Under the pieces are notes generated by a model, which was not told the DNA's origin, searched no databases, and worked only from the letters and a program-made list of their open reading frames with translations. A stretch of 64,000 bases of DNA from positions 9,197 to 73,196 of the IMG/VR virus record IMGVR_UViG_3300020596_000023; one strand, given 5' to 3'. The position numbers and the translations under genes are program-made. Of this stretch, positions 27,901 through 37,292 are shown one piece after another (position 1 is the first letter of the stretch; each line of letters starts with the position of its first letter). Source of the stretch: a virus.

Positions 27901-30900
27901 AGATTTTTAGCTAAAGTTAATTTGAACTGGTTTTTCAAAGTAGGAACTTCACCAGATTCAATCATTTCTGGAGTTATAGCAGATTTATATTTATCTCCAT
28001 AAGCTTTAATAAATCTCATAGAAATTAATCCACCATATTGAATATATTTAAGTTGTTCGTCTGGCTTGAATATCGCAAAAGCATCTGGCAAAGCTTGACC
28101 TGTAGGAGCTTTAGAGAATCTGAGTATGTCTTGGTTTGGATAATTCATTTTAGCAGAGTTTTTAAAATCACCTCTACTAGCACTTTCAAACAGTAAATCA
28201 ATACGATCAATTTTACCAAAGTAAGTTTGAAGCATTCTATATAATTTCTCAAAAAATGCTTTTACCTTACGAGAGAATCCTTGTGGTTCTTTGCCAACTT
28301 GTTTAGTCAGCATAAAGCCTCTAAACTTCTCAGCTAAAAATTCTTCTACTCTAAGTTTGGAATCTTCTGTCAGTAAATCTTCTTCTAGTCCATATCTTTT
28401 ATTAGCTTCTTCTAACAAATTCAATCTATCTGATTCATTCAAATACATATTGAATATAGCATGGAAAGCTTCGTGGTACTCAGTACCAACTATACTATAT
28501 TTAGATAGAGTTACAGCAGCTTTTCTAAATACTCCATAAACTACATCACCATTATCCATTAATTGTTCTGGTAATATTTCAATAGGAATTTCGTCACCTA
28601 GTATATTCTGGAAGTTTTCAATTTGAGATTGATTAGACTCAATTAATTCGTCTTTAGTAGAATTAGTAGAAGCTTTGAAGAATAATGCATCTGTGAGCAA
28701 ATCAGTTAAATCTGAATCAGTAGAATCTTGAATAGAATTAGGATCAATTGAAGTGATAGCATCAACTTGAGAAAGATCGGAATTAACCGGGCTTTCCTCT
28801 TCTACCGGCAATGGGTTAAGAACTGTATCACTGACTTTATCTTTCCTAACGTTCTTAGCTTCACTAACTTCCGTCTTACTCTCATCACTCCAAGTTTTTA
28901 ATACAACTCGAGTATTAACATTATCAACGCCATTATTAGCAGCAATCTTACCACCAAATAAAGACAGTATATTACCCTCAGAATCTTCTGTAGTTTTTAT
29001 ATTAATTCCAAACCTATCACTATTCAAGATGCTATCATGAAGTTCTTGTTCACGACCATCTTCCAAATATAAGTTGTACCTTTTTCCAGACAGTACATCT
29101 TTAAGAGTGTCAGAAAATACTTCTCTATTAGCGTCATTTAGAACTAATATGTCTTTACCATTTATAGGAATCTTATTTCCAACATTGCTGTTATATTCCT
29201 CATAAGATTCGTACTTAGTTTTCTTACCAGTCCAAACCCTTTTAGTTAATCTGATCTCATCATTAGGAGCTACATAGATTGTGTACAACTCTGTATAATC
29301 TCCATTTAATATTTCTATTCGACCTTTACTATTAGCATTTGGACCATGAACTAAAAACGTAGGAGCATATAGGTTATCTTTGGCATCTCGAACATTTGAT
29401 CTAAACAGAGTTATCCTATTAATAGCTTTTTTTATCTCAATCATTGAATCATCTTTAAAAGGACTTAACCCAGTCTTTAATCCTTTTATAAGTTGATTTA
29501 GTAATTTAATAACGTCTGTAATTGACTCAGAATCTAATTTGTTACCGCTTATATATAATGGTATAGCAGTTTGAGTATCGTCATAGTCGGTAAAATCTAT
29601 TGACAAATTGGGGCTAGCTGGAACTAATACAAAAACATTACTTGAACTGTACAACATATCTTCATTGTACGTGGCACTAATGGACTTAGTGTCGTAGGCT
29701 TGACCCTCACCGATGAGTGGGGATAATGTAGAGCTTACAACAGAACCGCCATCTTCGGGAATGTGGTACAGCCGTACAGACATAGCTTTGGCAATCCTGG
29801 ACAATAGAGAAAGCTGATTATTCCCAGTTTTTTTCCTTGCACCAGCAGATACTTTCTTTAATAAAATTTTACTATTTTTGTTTTTAGCAAAAGCAGTTCT
29901 AATTTTTACAGTCTCTAATAAGTTAACTCTACGAGCTAACGCAGCGTTTGAATTACCATCGGATTCAAGTCTGTTTATTTCTTTCTCAATAGAACTAACT
30001 CTATTGATATAACCAATCAAAACATTTTTATAATAAACACCTATTGGAGCTTCGTTAGGGTCAGTTGATTTGAAGTTATCTTCGACTTCGGGTATTTTCA
30101 AATCAAGCTCAACTTGACCATCTTTTTTAATAATCTCTCTAAGCTCGTTAAGAGCTTTTACAGTTTTAGCATCGTTATCAGATATAACGATAGTTGTATC
30201 AGTCTCAGATACTATATCTGGATTGACTATACTATGCAAGTAAATACTTGCAAATTGGCTTTCATCTGATCTTTCCTGAGCTATTGAATCTTGTTCAGTT
30301 ATAGCTTTGATAGGTTCTTGTTCTGTATTAGTATCAGTATTGTAAACTGGAACAAGTTCAGCAACTGTGTTTACTGTATCTAACTCTAATACAATCTCAT
30401 CTGGAATATTATCTACAACTGGAACTTCCAGATTAATTGATTCATGTTCAGAGTTTAATTCAGTTGCAATAATTTCTCCAACTGTTGTAGTTGTTTCAGA
30501 CTCTATGACTTGTTGTACAATAGCAGAATTATCTTGAGTATCTTCAGATAACTCCTGAACAGTTAGTTCAAGTTGTACAGCAGATTTAACTGATTTAGTA
30601 GCTCTGGATTTTCTGGTTTTTTTAAAATTAGATTTAACGGATTTGGTAGCTCTGGATTTTCTGGTTTTTTTAGGATTAGCTATAACAGAGTTAAGATCAA
30701 TTATAATAGCTTGATTTTCTTCAATTGGTTTAATTAGTTCAATTGATTTATTTGCTTCATCAGAAACAATAGTTTCATCAGAAGCAATAGTTTCATCAGA
30801 AGCAATAGTTTCAGAATCAGTAATAGTACTAATAATGTCATTTTCTAAATCAGTAGTATCAGCAATAGAACTCAAACTATCTTCTTCTGGATCAACTAAC

Positions 30901-33281
30901 GTAATGTTTCCAATTGCTTTACTACGATTAGTTAAGTTTATTCCAAGTCTGCGAGATAATTCAGATACCCTTCGTTTGGCTTTAGATATTAACGGTTCTT
31001 GATTTTCCTGTAATTCTTTTAAAGCTTCCTTTAAGATTTTGGCTTCTTCCTTATTCTTAGGGTTTAATTCAGCTTTAATTTCTTTTACCGTCTTACCTTC
31101 TTTGATTTTAGTATCAATATCTAAAATCAATTTAGCTTTGCTATTATCTGCTTTTTTCTTGTCTTGAGCTTTAAAGGCATTTTCAACTTCTTTGATTCTA
31201 TCTGGCTTTAAAAAGTCATTAGCAAGAATATCCAGTTGATTTGAAAACGCTGTAGCTATCTTAACCTCTGTCATAGCATCAACCGCAGCTTTCAAATCTT
31301 CTGTAACTTCACCTTTATAAACTAAGTCTTCACTTATTCCTTGTTGTCCTAATTTTTCAATAGCATTATACAATCTATTCTGATCTGGAAAAAACTTAGT
31401 TATTTCTGGATTGTTTTTTAATACAGATATAGCTTGCTTAGTAGATAACTTTTCTACAAGCAATTGCTTACTATTCCGTTCTACAGGATCAGAACTATTA
31501 CTTTGTAAAATGTTAGTAGCTTTGGCTAAACCTGCTTGACTTAATTGATTGAAATAATTCTTGTCTTTTTCAGCTTGCGTTATAATATCAGCTAAAGCTT
31601 GCTTTATATGTGCCGGCTGTTTAGAATAGAATAATTTCTGATAAACTGATTTGTAACTATTTTCAGCAGCAGTAGCACCAGCTTTTAAAGAATAAAATAC
31701 AACTTCATCTAAGCCAGTAATTCCATTAGTATTAGGATCAGATGTAACATTCTCTTTAAAGTTTTTGCTTGCAAAAGTATCCATGAGCAAATCCATGTTT
31801 CCAGTTTTGGAAGCAGCAGTACCCATATCAAAGCCAGACTTGTAACTCTCAAGCTTAATTTCTTCAGTAGCATCTTCTTTAGATAAACTACCATTGTTAT
31901 AAGATTTTACAATAGCTTGAATTCTAGTATTGGCTTCTTTGATAAAACCTAGCCTACTTTCGATCTCTCCAATCTTGGAACTGGTAGCAGCTTTATTATC
32001 TGCTTTATTCATAAATCCACCAACAACATTGAAAGCTTTACCGCCAAGCATTCCAAAAAATCCAGCCTCTAAACCTTTATCATCAAAAGCATCTTCTAAA
32101 AACTTAGTAACAACATTGTTACCTTTTTTACCTAAGTTAGTTCCAACTCTTTCTCCTGCTTGACTAGAAGCATAGTTTATCATTTCTTCTGGAAACTCAC
32201 TAAATCCAGAAGCTAATGGCTTCAAGTATTTTTCGATAATACCCGGATTATATTTAACCCCAGACTTTAAAACTTCGTTCTGAGCAACACTAACTTCTTT
32301 ACTTATAATACCAGTCCTAGTCCTACCTCTAATGCCTTTGAATATTCCAGCTACCTGAAATAAATCAAAAGCAAAATTCATGGTGTTTAACTTATAAGTT
32401 GTCCAACCTGATTTGTTTCCTAAAGCTTTAGCAAATTGTTCCCTAGTTAAATCTTTAGGAACTTCATTCTGTCCGTCTAAAACTTTTTGAAATTCCTCAT
32501 CACTCAAATCAGCTAAGACTTTGTAAGAACTGTTCTTAACATTTACTGAAACCTCCGCAGCATCTCTCATAGATTCAGCATTACGCATGAATCCAGCAAT
32601 TGTACCAACTTCACCCCAATACTTAGTAGCATCACTAACTTTATCAGCAAGTTTTACAGTCTTTGCTAACCATCCAGCACCTTTAACTATACCAGTACCA
32701 CCAGCTAACATACTAATACCGCTAGCTATAGATACCAGGTTTTGTGCCCACCAACCTGTATCTCCCCATTGCCAAGATTCGCCGGGATTCTTCTGATATA
32801 TAGGAGCATATTCAGCACTTTTTTCTCTAATGCCTTTACCAAACTCAGTCATCCAATTACCAAACTCATATTCTTCTTTGGCTAAATAATCTGCAAGTCT
32901 ACCTCCAGTAATATCTCCAAAAGCACCAACACCTTCAATTGTACCACCTATCAATTCACCTACCACAGCTTGATTTAAAAATCCCCAAACTTGGCTACCC
33001 TTCGTTTGTTTACTTGCTCTAACTTTATCTAAGCTATCCATAGTATATACACCATAAGGCATATACTTTTCATACTCTTTAGGATCAATTGTAGTATTTG
33101 ATCTATCATCAGATAAAATAGCACCTGTCTCTACATTAGGACTAGGAGTAGACAAGTTCTTCTGCAAGCTTGTACCTAATCTTGTAGGATCCGGTCTGAC
33201 ATCTTTAACTAAAGTCTGATTATCAAATCCTGTATTTTTATTCAAGCTTAAACCAAGCCCAGTACTTCTCTGCTTTCCCAT
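21969..33281 (-). CDS. virion-packaged RNA polymerase polyprotein with zincin-like protease domain
   Basis: Catalytic AQTGHDFDVD (~24228-24242), HRTPLEGKYS, STDGQGFI; HEAFH zincin motif (~28459-28481); 3770 aa. Confidence 0.9.
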   Translation of the reverse strand: MGKQRSTGLGLSLNKNTGFDNQTLVKDVRPDPTRLGTSLQKNLSTPSPNVETGAILSDDRSNTTIDPKEYEKYMPYGVYTMDSLDKVRASKQTKGSQVWGFLNQAVVGELIGGTIEGVGAFGDITGGRLADYLAKEEYEFGNWMTEFGKGIREKSAEYAPIYQKNPGESWQWGDTGWWAQNLVSIASGISMLAGGTGIVKGAGWLAKTVKLADKVSDATKYWGEVGTIAGFMRNAESMRDAAEVSVNVKNSSYKVLADLSDEEFQKVLDGQNEVPKDLTREQFAKALGNKSGWTTYKLNTMNFAFDLFQVAGIFKGIRGRTRTGIISKEVSVAQNEVLKSGVKYNPGIIEKYLKPLASGFSEFPEEMINYASSQAGERVGTNLGKKGNNVVTKFLEDAFDDKGLEAGFFGMLGGKAFNVVGGFMNKADNKAATSSKIGEIESRLGFIKEANTRIQAIVKSYNNGSLSKEDATEEIKLESYKSGFDMGTAASKTGNMDLLMDTFASKNFKENVTSDPNTNGITGLDEVVFYSLKAGATAAENSYKSVYQKLFYSKQPAHIKQALADIITQAEKDKNYFNQLSQAGLAKATNILQSNSSDPVERNSKQLLVEKLSTKQAISVLKNNPEITKFFPDQNRLYNAIEKLGQQGISEDLVYKGEVTEDLKAAVDAMTEVKIATAFSNQLDILANDFLKPDRIKEVENAFKAQDKKKADNSKAKLILDIDTKIKEGKTVKEIKAELNPKNKEEAKILKEALKELQENQEPLISKAKRRVSELSRRLGINLTNRSKAIGNITLVDPEEDSLSSIADTTDLENDIISTITDSETIASDETIASDETIVSDEANKSIELIKPIEENQAIIIDLNSVIANPKKTRKSRATKSVKSNFKKTRKSRATKSVKSAVQLELTVQELSEDTQDNSAIVQQVIESETTTTVGEIIATELNSEHESINLEVPVVDNIPDEIVLELDTVNTVAELVPVYNTDTNTEQEPIKAITEQDSIAQERSDESQFASIYLHSIVNPDIVSETDTTIVISDNDAKTVKALNELREIIKKDGQVELDLKIPEVEDNFKSTDPNEAPIGVYYKNVLIGYINRVSSIEKEINRLESDGNSNAALARRVNLLETVKIRTAFAKNKNSKILLKKVSAGARKKTGNNQLSLLSRIAKAMSVRLYHIPEDGGSVVSSTLSPLIGEGQAYDTKSISATYNEDMLYSSSNVFVLVPASPNLSIDFTDYDDTQTAIPLYISGNKLDSESITDVIKLLNQLIKGLKTGLSPFKDDSMIEIKKAINRITLFRSNVRDAKDNLYAPTFLVHGPNANSKGRIEILNGDYTELYTIYVAPNDEIRLTKRVWTGKKTKYESYEEYNSNVGNKIPINGKDILVLNDANREVFSDTLKDVLSGKRYNLYLEDGREQELHDSILNSDRFGINIKTTEDSEGNILSLFGGKIAANNGVDNVNTRVVLKTWSDESKTEVSEAKNVRKDKVSDTVLNPLPVEEESPVNSDLSQVDAITSIDPNSIQDSTDSDLTDLLTDALFFKASTNSTKDELIESNQSQIENFQNILGDEIPIEILPEQLMDNGDVVYGVFRKAAVTLSKYSIVGTEYHEAFHAIFNMYLNESDRLNLLEEANKRYGLEEDLLTEDSKLRVEEFLAEKFRGFMLTKQVGKEPQGFSRKVKAFFEKLYRMLQTYFGKIDRIDLLFESASRGDFKNSAKMNYPNQDILRFSKAPTGQALPDAFAIFKPDEQLKYIQYGGLISMRFIKAYGDKYKSAITPEMIESGEVPTLKNQFKLTLAKNLIGKDEDSIAYKTTTYLMNLLDSNDNTYWSKVVEYVKNNLKVDVSSDENIDTSALTRQQMSKLWDDASQTKVSSKATVDFELKRFLMTTEKISSFKFTFDASGNPIFSFVPSKDNLAELPEVENFSIIYSSLSTQLADSIDIDEMMSKILELAKLNPSFALIYQRLKTDEEYQEKLFTTFNKPKVNSIQLTHTTDKTLALRVPTISYRLTNSMADAVKVVVESYNSNKGKSLITSAKIQKFREWNIKVRQALSKSKDRVDSATKKDMLSMLRALGITITKPQLDLALDAVGNTTYFEKSEVKTRTKPEIAERIRAAIFKLGEELFNQTLIHDKITFDEQGRVGEIAAFFEEVFLDLKEPSFYNAERTLQYALQKPLFINKFFSRLAQVFNKRTINKMNAYNTIVDMVQTYLQDNALKYSNWLNAIVDFKTMDLKDNNAKNFKFYWFNGITDADTFTGKMYDGVTDLDWSASKLALYLKEKAYGYYSLPTLSDSSNQAVIKAPKYNGIVNGELIDNTPLKNALLNIIYHDLRKADNARLLLFADTTILSDEVKDQLLVNHHYKSVDDNNNPIIIDADGLPTGQVFQTLSLTYTEKGKVRKISDIIGLDEKDQLVFKGEESKLAFPLSIFYNGVYDTSTLSPNKRRLLDKFINNFVKVEVAQSFNLYSAIASDLKEDVKKSSYSNESDMIYEFVLNNFIAQQEIASLFNGNNSEYKSITDHNKRSKQLISPTQYLSTKHRGKRSKYIVVPDVIITPDTLEPNSVNLAKALQVSNKKYTSLSYDHSVAFGSGIKNALEQDVYNKMSPYLSVNSTDGQGFITLDFFEKYLQDRGIRGKTMQKLIADLRAGRDYNDKYLKEVLQVLKPYYANRSYNSVTNTMENVQIKTSVQILIPGLIKGTVLEQLLAVAPKDLSHIYTKSAVKVGNKRVSTVSLENLSSNELTIANLNVLELDNEQWGVQLDVPEHLKDTTNPLSIQAKKVLFSNIPDAVEFDIKGNTFTGKELHEKIQSVFSELSTKGTNELIKSISDPKNVAVILEDYMNKNNLPHHYKDLLKINEAGDNFVISLAIPSFSNKFQSLLISLFIQKGIKIPIAGGHATLLSDSFISSFIDTDSIDTTSFTTEIVERIKATGKINLKQSIVSDGKSKYIETECLLPAWTSKFFENGQRININELPEEARNILGHRTPLEGKYSFLSLKVVGFLPEAVGSTIVLPAALVAQTGHDFDVDSEYLLFQYLDKENNPIKYNLAKPVKDWDNKELNNFIFDSYKAIIEHPSQIEEHIVPSSVEEIKVVIREQKKLLNIVEDGQNHNSLAAQDKLRSTNMMGTHLKGIAAVYNSMIPIVQKLKLATTELIGVSYDLSKYDLKDLQDKYGQVAVEGNKATINHKQFGWNNQDFTDPNGDLISIGLAKTLANVLDIVKEGTLLNLNLATASNYMLMRTLGIPLKEASLLLIQPVIMRAYSASQNSMIYNGKAVDPVKAYMKALKDISKLTNTPYVAYKDIPAVDLNSAEMEASILYFKNEKPKSFAKASIAELQKAENQYLYQLGLYKTWNRLTKINYDYKKVMDGTTPDRTKATNIPELFKSIDSYDSLNASDSTVYSMYGDEARDVRTVLDTTDAYKSIKTYRDNMEAYLRVLDKYFLDLKGEVLTAANTYGTKYSPEVHKKIVEVASFSLLRNDMTDVEISRILKAVPNTNTKMDIDEFKQLSTANKLWFIKYKLRESISETNILYHLSPKISEGDFNLKSFYEIKFDKPHLSDGLDTYLTDSFAALLNSNSEFLKDLGEDLIKYNYITQGFAFSGNSFGNYIPVTELLTRGWLDGLQQASKFGLTELEITYEGLIDLAGRNGWKDPKLSKINFINKNTLPEGDAFRDINGMNTFSLSKAKKKELGFNPNFYTFIIKDGNTTEIIQTSVAKVDDVFWFTPVNRLSNGYIKTESGQFSVIPEQNAFFSYMNQYSGNIEDIGDSSRLDSYDEDAVTC
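28767..28838 (+). repeat. dispersed conserved element, copy 3 (core 28799-28811)
   Basis: ttgagaaagatcggaattaaccgggctttcct-CTTCTACCGGCAA-tgggttaagaactgtatcactgacttt; antisense within the RNAP gene. Confidence 0.9.
30582..30672. repeat. 48-bp in-frame duplication encoding KKTRKSRATKSVKS x2
   Basis: Two near-identical units starting at 30582 and 30630. Confidence 0.9.
30756..30813. repeat. 18-bp tandem repeat x3 encoding ETI(A/V)SD
   Basis: ttcatcagaa(a/g)caatagt x3. Confidence 0.9.
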
Positions 33282-33283
33282 AT

Positions 33284-35707
33284 TTAGTTCTTACGAGTTT
33301 GAAGATAAACTGCTCTTTGAATATCATCTACAGACCTGAACAATATTCTTTCTTCTATTGGTGAATCTTCTGATACAGTAGGATTTAGAATAAAATCTGT
33401 AGCATCACCTAGATTCAAATTACGATCTCGATCTACCATAGTATTATTACCATCTTCTGCTAATTGATATACAGTATTTGTGCCAAGTGGTAAACCATTC
33501 TCATCTTTGTAAGTATGTCTTTTCTTTATAATTCTGTATTCACCTGACCCAATTTTAATAAGAGCAGATACAGCAGGTTTAGTATCAACTTTACTTTTAT
33601 CAGTAATAGCTGCTAATTGTGGAGTCAATTTTGTTTTACTTAATTGTGGATAAGTTGCACTAGCAGCCATGTGTAATCCTTGTTCATACGAAGGTGTGTT
33701 AGGCTTACTAACATTCATTAAATATTCACCAACTTTTAATCGTTCTTCACTACCACCACTACTAGGCAATACATACTGTTGTGGTAGTAATTTCTTTCCA
33801 GTCTTACTATCAATCACATTTATCATGTGAGGAAACCCAGAAGCTAATTCACCATCAGTAATAGTAGATTGAATTTTTATATCACCTTTTTTTACTTCTG
33901 GAAAAGTTTTATAAAGATGTTCTAAGATCTCATCAAAAGGTTGACCTGTTTCTGCCATCTGGTATTCACCTCCATTTTCAATCATGTGTCTACCAATCAA
34001 TTCATTTACTTTTCTAATTGTACCAGACTTTTGACCCATATCCGGCTCATCCAGAATATTGAAAGTTTGACCTTTAGGAGCATTAGGATCAACTGACTTT
34101 TTATTTACATTATCTTGAAATGATCTAGCTTGATCTATAATTTTATTCTGAATAGAAATCTTTCTACGATTAATCTCATCTATTGTAGTACCACCCCAAA
34201 TTTGAGGCATATATACCTTAGGAACTTTCTTATCCTTACTAGTATAAGGCTTAGTCAATTCCTGTATAAACTCAGATTTACTAAGTTTAGGAATACCAGA
34301 TTTTTCACCTTTCTGAACTTTATACTCTTTCAAATAACTTTGATAAGACTTATCAGCATTTAAGTTATAGTCAGGAGTTTCTTGATAAGCCATAACTTTA
34401 CTTTTATAAGTTCCTTTAGCTACAGCTAATTCAGATTGTAACAATCGTTGTTGTTCTTTCAATTCATCGTAGTTACCAGCACCACCTTGTTGGTTCTGAG
34501 TTAAAGCTCTTTCTATTTGTTTTAGTTGAGCTTCTTTAATTTTAATATTATCTAAGATTTTCTCAATTGGAACTATCTCTTTTGCAATAATAACACCTTC
34601 ATTGCTAATAGTAAGACTAGCATCAAATGTTTTATCTCTAGCATCAGTACGATCTTGCTTATACTTTTCTAGCTTCAACCTATTAGAAGCTTCAATACTT
34701 TCCATTAATATATTATCAGTAAGATATTTTGTATCAATGCTGGTAAAACCTGCCTTATCAGCAGCAGGTAAAATAAATCCATCAGCAATTTGAGAAGATA
34801 GAATTGATTCAGCAAGTCCTTCTAATAATGCAGGACTAGCTTTAGCTTTATCAGGATCAATACCTTGAGATATTAAAAACTTAGTAAGTTCTTCATCGGT
34901 TATACCAAGTTGTTCAAACATGTCCATATCAAATGGATTACCATTCGATATAGTATTAACTTTAAACATTGCTTCTTCCTTAATCAATTCTGCATAAGCT
35001 GGATTAGTTTTTACAACCATCCTTAAAGCATCTACAACTTCATTTTCATCTACATAAGTTTGATCTCCTACTCGTAGATAACCTTTAGGAGTGGAGATAT
35101 ACTCATGCTTGTTGCCTTTACCATCAGTCCAAGTCAAAGGTTTCTTACTCTCTTTCCAATCTTTTACAAGATTCATCATATCTGTAGAAATATCTTTGTT
35201 CTCTACAGAGTTATAACCTTGAAACATAGTAGTAGGTTTTCCTGTAACAGGATCAAATTCTACAGTACTATTTTGATTTTCAGATAACGCTAAAGCTCTA
35301 TCATATTGGGTTTGTCTGATGCCATTCTCCTTAGCACCAACTCGTTTAGTTTGAGTTTCCCTATATTGGTCATAAGCAGTTTTATCTCTCAAAGCTGCTC
35401 TAACAGTATCGTTCTCATCAAACTCTGTTACTACTTTAGTCAACTCTCTTCCAATATTTTCATAGTCAGGTCTTTGAGATAAAGCATCTAATTTAGATCG
35501 AGTAGTACCTACTACTTCATCTACTAAAGGTTGGTAAGGATTACGAACATTTAAACCTTTCAAAGCTGAATTAGCTGTTGATAAATTAGCTTCATTAGTC
35601 CGATACCTTTGATCTAATGTTTTACCTAAATCATCCAATGCTTGAAAGTTCATTGGAACATATGTACTCATAGGTTCAGCATAGCTTAAATCCCTTAACA
35701 CTGCCAT
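33284..35707 (-). CDS. virion cargo/ejection protein (putative)
   Basis: 807 aa immediately upstream of the RNAP gene; no Cys seen; helical. Confidence 0.6.
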   Translation of the reverse strand: MAVLRDLSYAEPMSTYVPMNFQALDDLGKTLDQRYRTNEANLSTANSALKGLNVRNPYQPLVDEVVGTTRSKLDALSQRPDYENIGRELTKVVTEFDENDTVRAALRDKTAYDQYRETQTKRVGAKENGIRQTQYDRALALSENQNSTVEFDPVTGKPTTMFQGYNSVENKDISTDMMNLVKDWKESKKPLTWTDGKGNKHEYISTPKGYLRVGDQTYVDENEVVDALRMVVKTNPAYAELIKEEAMFKVNTISNGNPFDMDMFEQLGITDEELTKFLISQGIDPDKAKASPALLEGLAESILSSQIADGFILPAADKAGFTSIDTKYLTDNILMESIEASNRLKLEKYKQDRTDARDKTFDASLTISNEGVIIAKEIVPIEKILDNIKIKEAQLKQIERALTQNQQGGAGNYDELKEQQRLLQSELAVAKGTYKSKVMAYQETPDYNLNADKSYQSYLKEYKVQKGEKSGIPKLSKSEFIQELTKPYTSKDKKVPKVYMPQIWGGTTIDEINRRKISIQNKIIDQARSFQDNVNKKSVDPNAPKGQTFNILDEPDMGQKSGTIRKVNELIGRHMIENGGEYQMAETGQPFDEILEHLYKTFPEVKKGDIKIQSTITDGELASGFPHMINVIDSKTGKKLLPQQYVLPSSGGSEERLKVGEYLMNVSKPNTPSYEQGLHMAASATYPQLSKTKLTPQLAAITDKSKVDTKPAVSALIKIGSGEYRIIKKRHTYKDENGLPLGTNTVYQLAEDGNNTMVDRDRNLNLGDATDFILNPTVSEDSPIEERILFRSVDDIQRAVYLQTRKN

Positions 35708-35708
35708 A

Positions 35709-37292
35709 TTACATTACTTTAGGTAAGTATTTAGAAAGAATACCACTAAGACCATTTGTAGGATCAGTTTGTGGAGTATTTGTACTATAACTAGAATTAC
35801 TAGTAATTCCAGTTTTCTTATACTTTTGCAAGACAGTTTCAAATGGGATACCGGCTTCTAAGTCTTGCATTGCTTGTATAATATTACTACGTTCCAATAC
35901 ACCAGTATCAGCATATTTAGTTAATTCAATAAGCATAGTTTGCCTATCTCTAATAGCCATGTTTTTATCTCTCTCACCCATCCTCAAATCTTCTGTAAGA
36001 TTAGCAGCATTAGCACTAACTCTAGTAACAATATCATCCTTCTGTTGCATCTGCATTAACTTATTTTGATTGATCAAACTAGTATTTGCAACTCTATTCT
36101 GATATTCTGCTTGGAGGCTTTGATTAACTAAAGCATTCTCCTGATTAACTTTATCTGTAGTTAATTGATTTTTCATACCAATACTTTGACCTCGCAATTG
36201 ACCAAGTCTTGCAGCTAATACGGAACTACCAGAAGTATTACCAGTAATAACATTACCATAGTTCTGTTCTGAATTATTTACGTTAGCAATCATACCACTA
36301 TTATCATATTTGGTACGAAGCTTAGGAGCTTGAGTTAGAACTGGATCAGGCACTTGTACTGACCTATTAGTTAATAACAGATTAGTTATGTTATCTACAA
36401 ATGGAGATACTTTATTCAAGTCTAATCCAAATTTACCTTTAGGCATTTGTTGTTGCATCATTGCTTCTGCTTCTTGTTGAGCAGCTTGTTTCATCTGCTC
36501 TTGTGTATTGAACAATTCAATCATCGGATTTTCAGAAACTTTTTGAGCATTCCTGAAACCTTTATTTCTTTGCACGTAAGTTTTACCTTTTTTGCTATCA
36601 GTGTCAGCTTGAGTTCTAACCATTTCTTCTGATTCAAACTTGTTAGACTCTAATAACTCTTTTGCAAGATCCGCAAAAGTTTTATTAGTACCGGGAACAG
36701 CCATACTATTAGAAAATACCTTACCTTTATAAATAACTTCACCACCTTCCACTTCTGCCTTCATTCCTTTATTCATAAGAATTACACCAGTATTACCATC
36801 TTTATTAGAATCTTCTTCGTGAGTATCACCTACAACTTTTATACCATTTGAATTTAGCTTCTTCAAATATCCACTGGAAATAGCAATAGGTTTAGCATCA
36901 CCCATATCACCACCATAATTGTAATACCCTTTAACGCCTAAACCCTTTGTAGGATAGTTTCTCATGATTTCAGCACTACGATCTTGCTCTATAAGCATTT
37001 CCTGTTGTTTTTGTAACTTCCGTTGTTCTTCTGCCTCTTTCTTGGCTTTAAGTGCATCAATCAAGCCTTTGCCAAGACCCAAAACTCCACCCGCTATTGA
37101 ACCTACTGGGCCAAAAGAACTGCCAGCAGTAAAGCCCTGTAAGCCCTCCGATAGTGCTGATGTGGCTACTCCTAAACCTGAATTGTTCTCGTCTTGAACC
37201 CTACTATTTTGAGTAGAAAGCAATTGACTTAGAACCATACTTAATGATCCTAAGTCTCCACCATAGTTATACTTAACAATCTTTTTCATCAT
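35709..37292 (-). CDS. virion cargo protein (putative membrane-interacting)
   Basis: Gly-rich amphipathic N-terminus GPVGSIAGGVLGLG; GDTHEE...AEVEGGEVI...VFSN motif typical of crAss-like virion proteins. Confidence 0.65.
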   Translation of the reverse strand: MMKKIVKYNYGGDLGSLSMVLSQLLSTQNSRVQDENNSGLGVATSALSEGLQGFTAGSSFGPVGSIAGGVLGLGKGLIDALKAKKEAEEQRKLQKQQEMLIEQDRSAEIMRNYPTKGLGVKGYYNYGGDMGDAKPIAISSGYLKKLNSNGIKVVGDTHEEDSNKDGNTGVILMNKGMKAEVEGGEVIYKGKVFSNSMAVPGTNKTFADLAKELLESNKFESEEMVRTQADTDSKKGKTYVQRNKGFRNAQKVSENPMIELFNTQEQMKQAAQQEAEAMMQQQMPKGKFGLDLNKVSPFVDNITNLLLTNRSVQVPDPVLTQAPKLRTKYDNSGMIANVNNSEQNYGNVITGNTSGSSVLAARLGQLRGQSIGMKNQLTTDKVNQENALVNQSLQAEYQNRVANTSLINQNKLMQMQQKDDIVTRVSANAANLTEDLRMGERDKNMAIRDRQTMLIELTKYADTGVLERSNIIQAMQDLEAGIPFETVLQKYKKTGITSNSSYSTNTPQTDPTNGLSGILSKYLPKVM

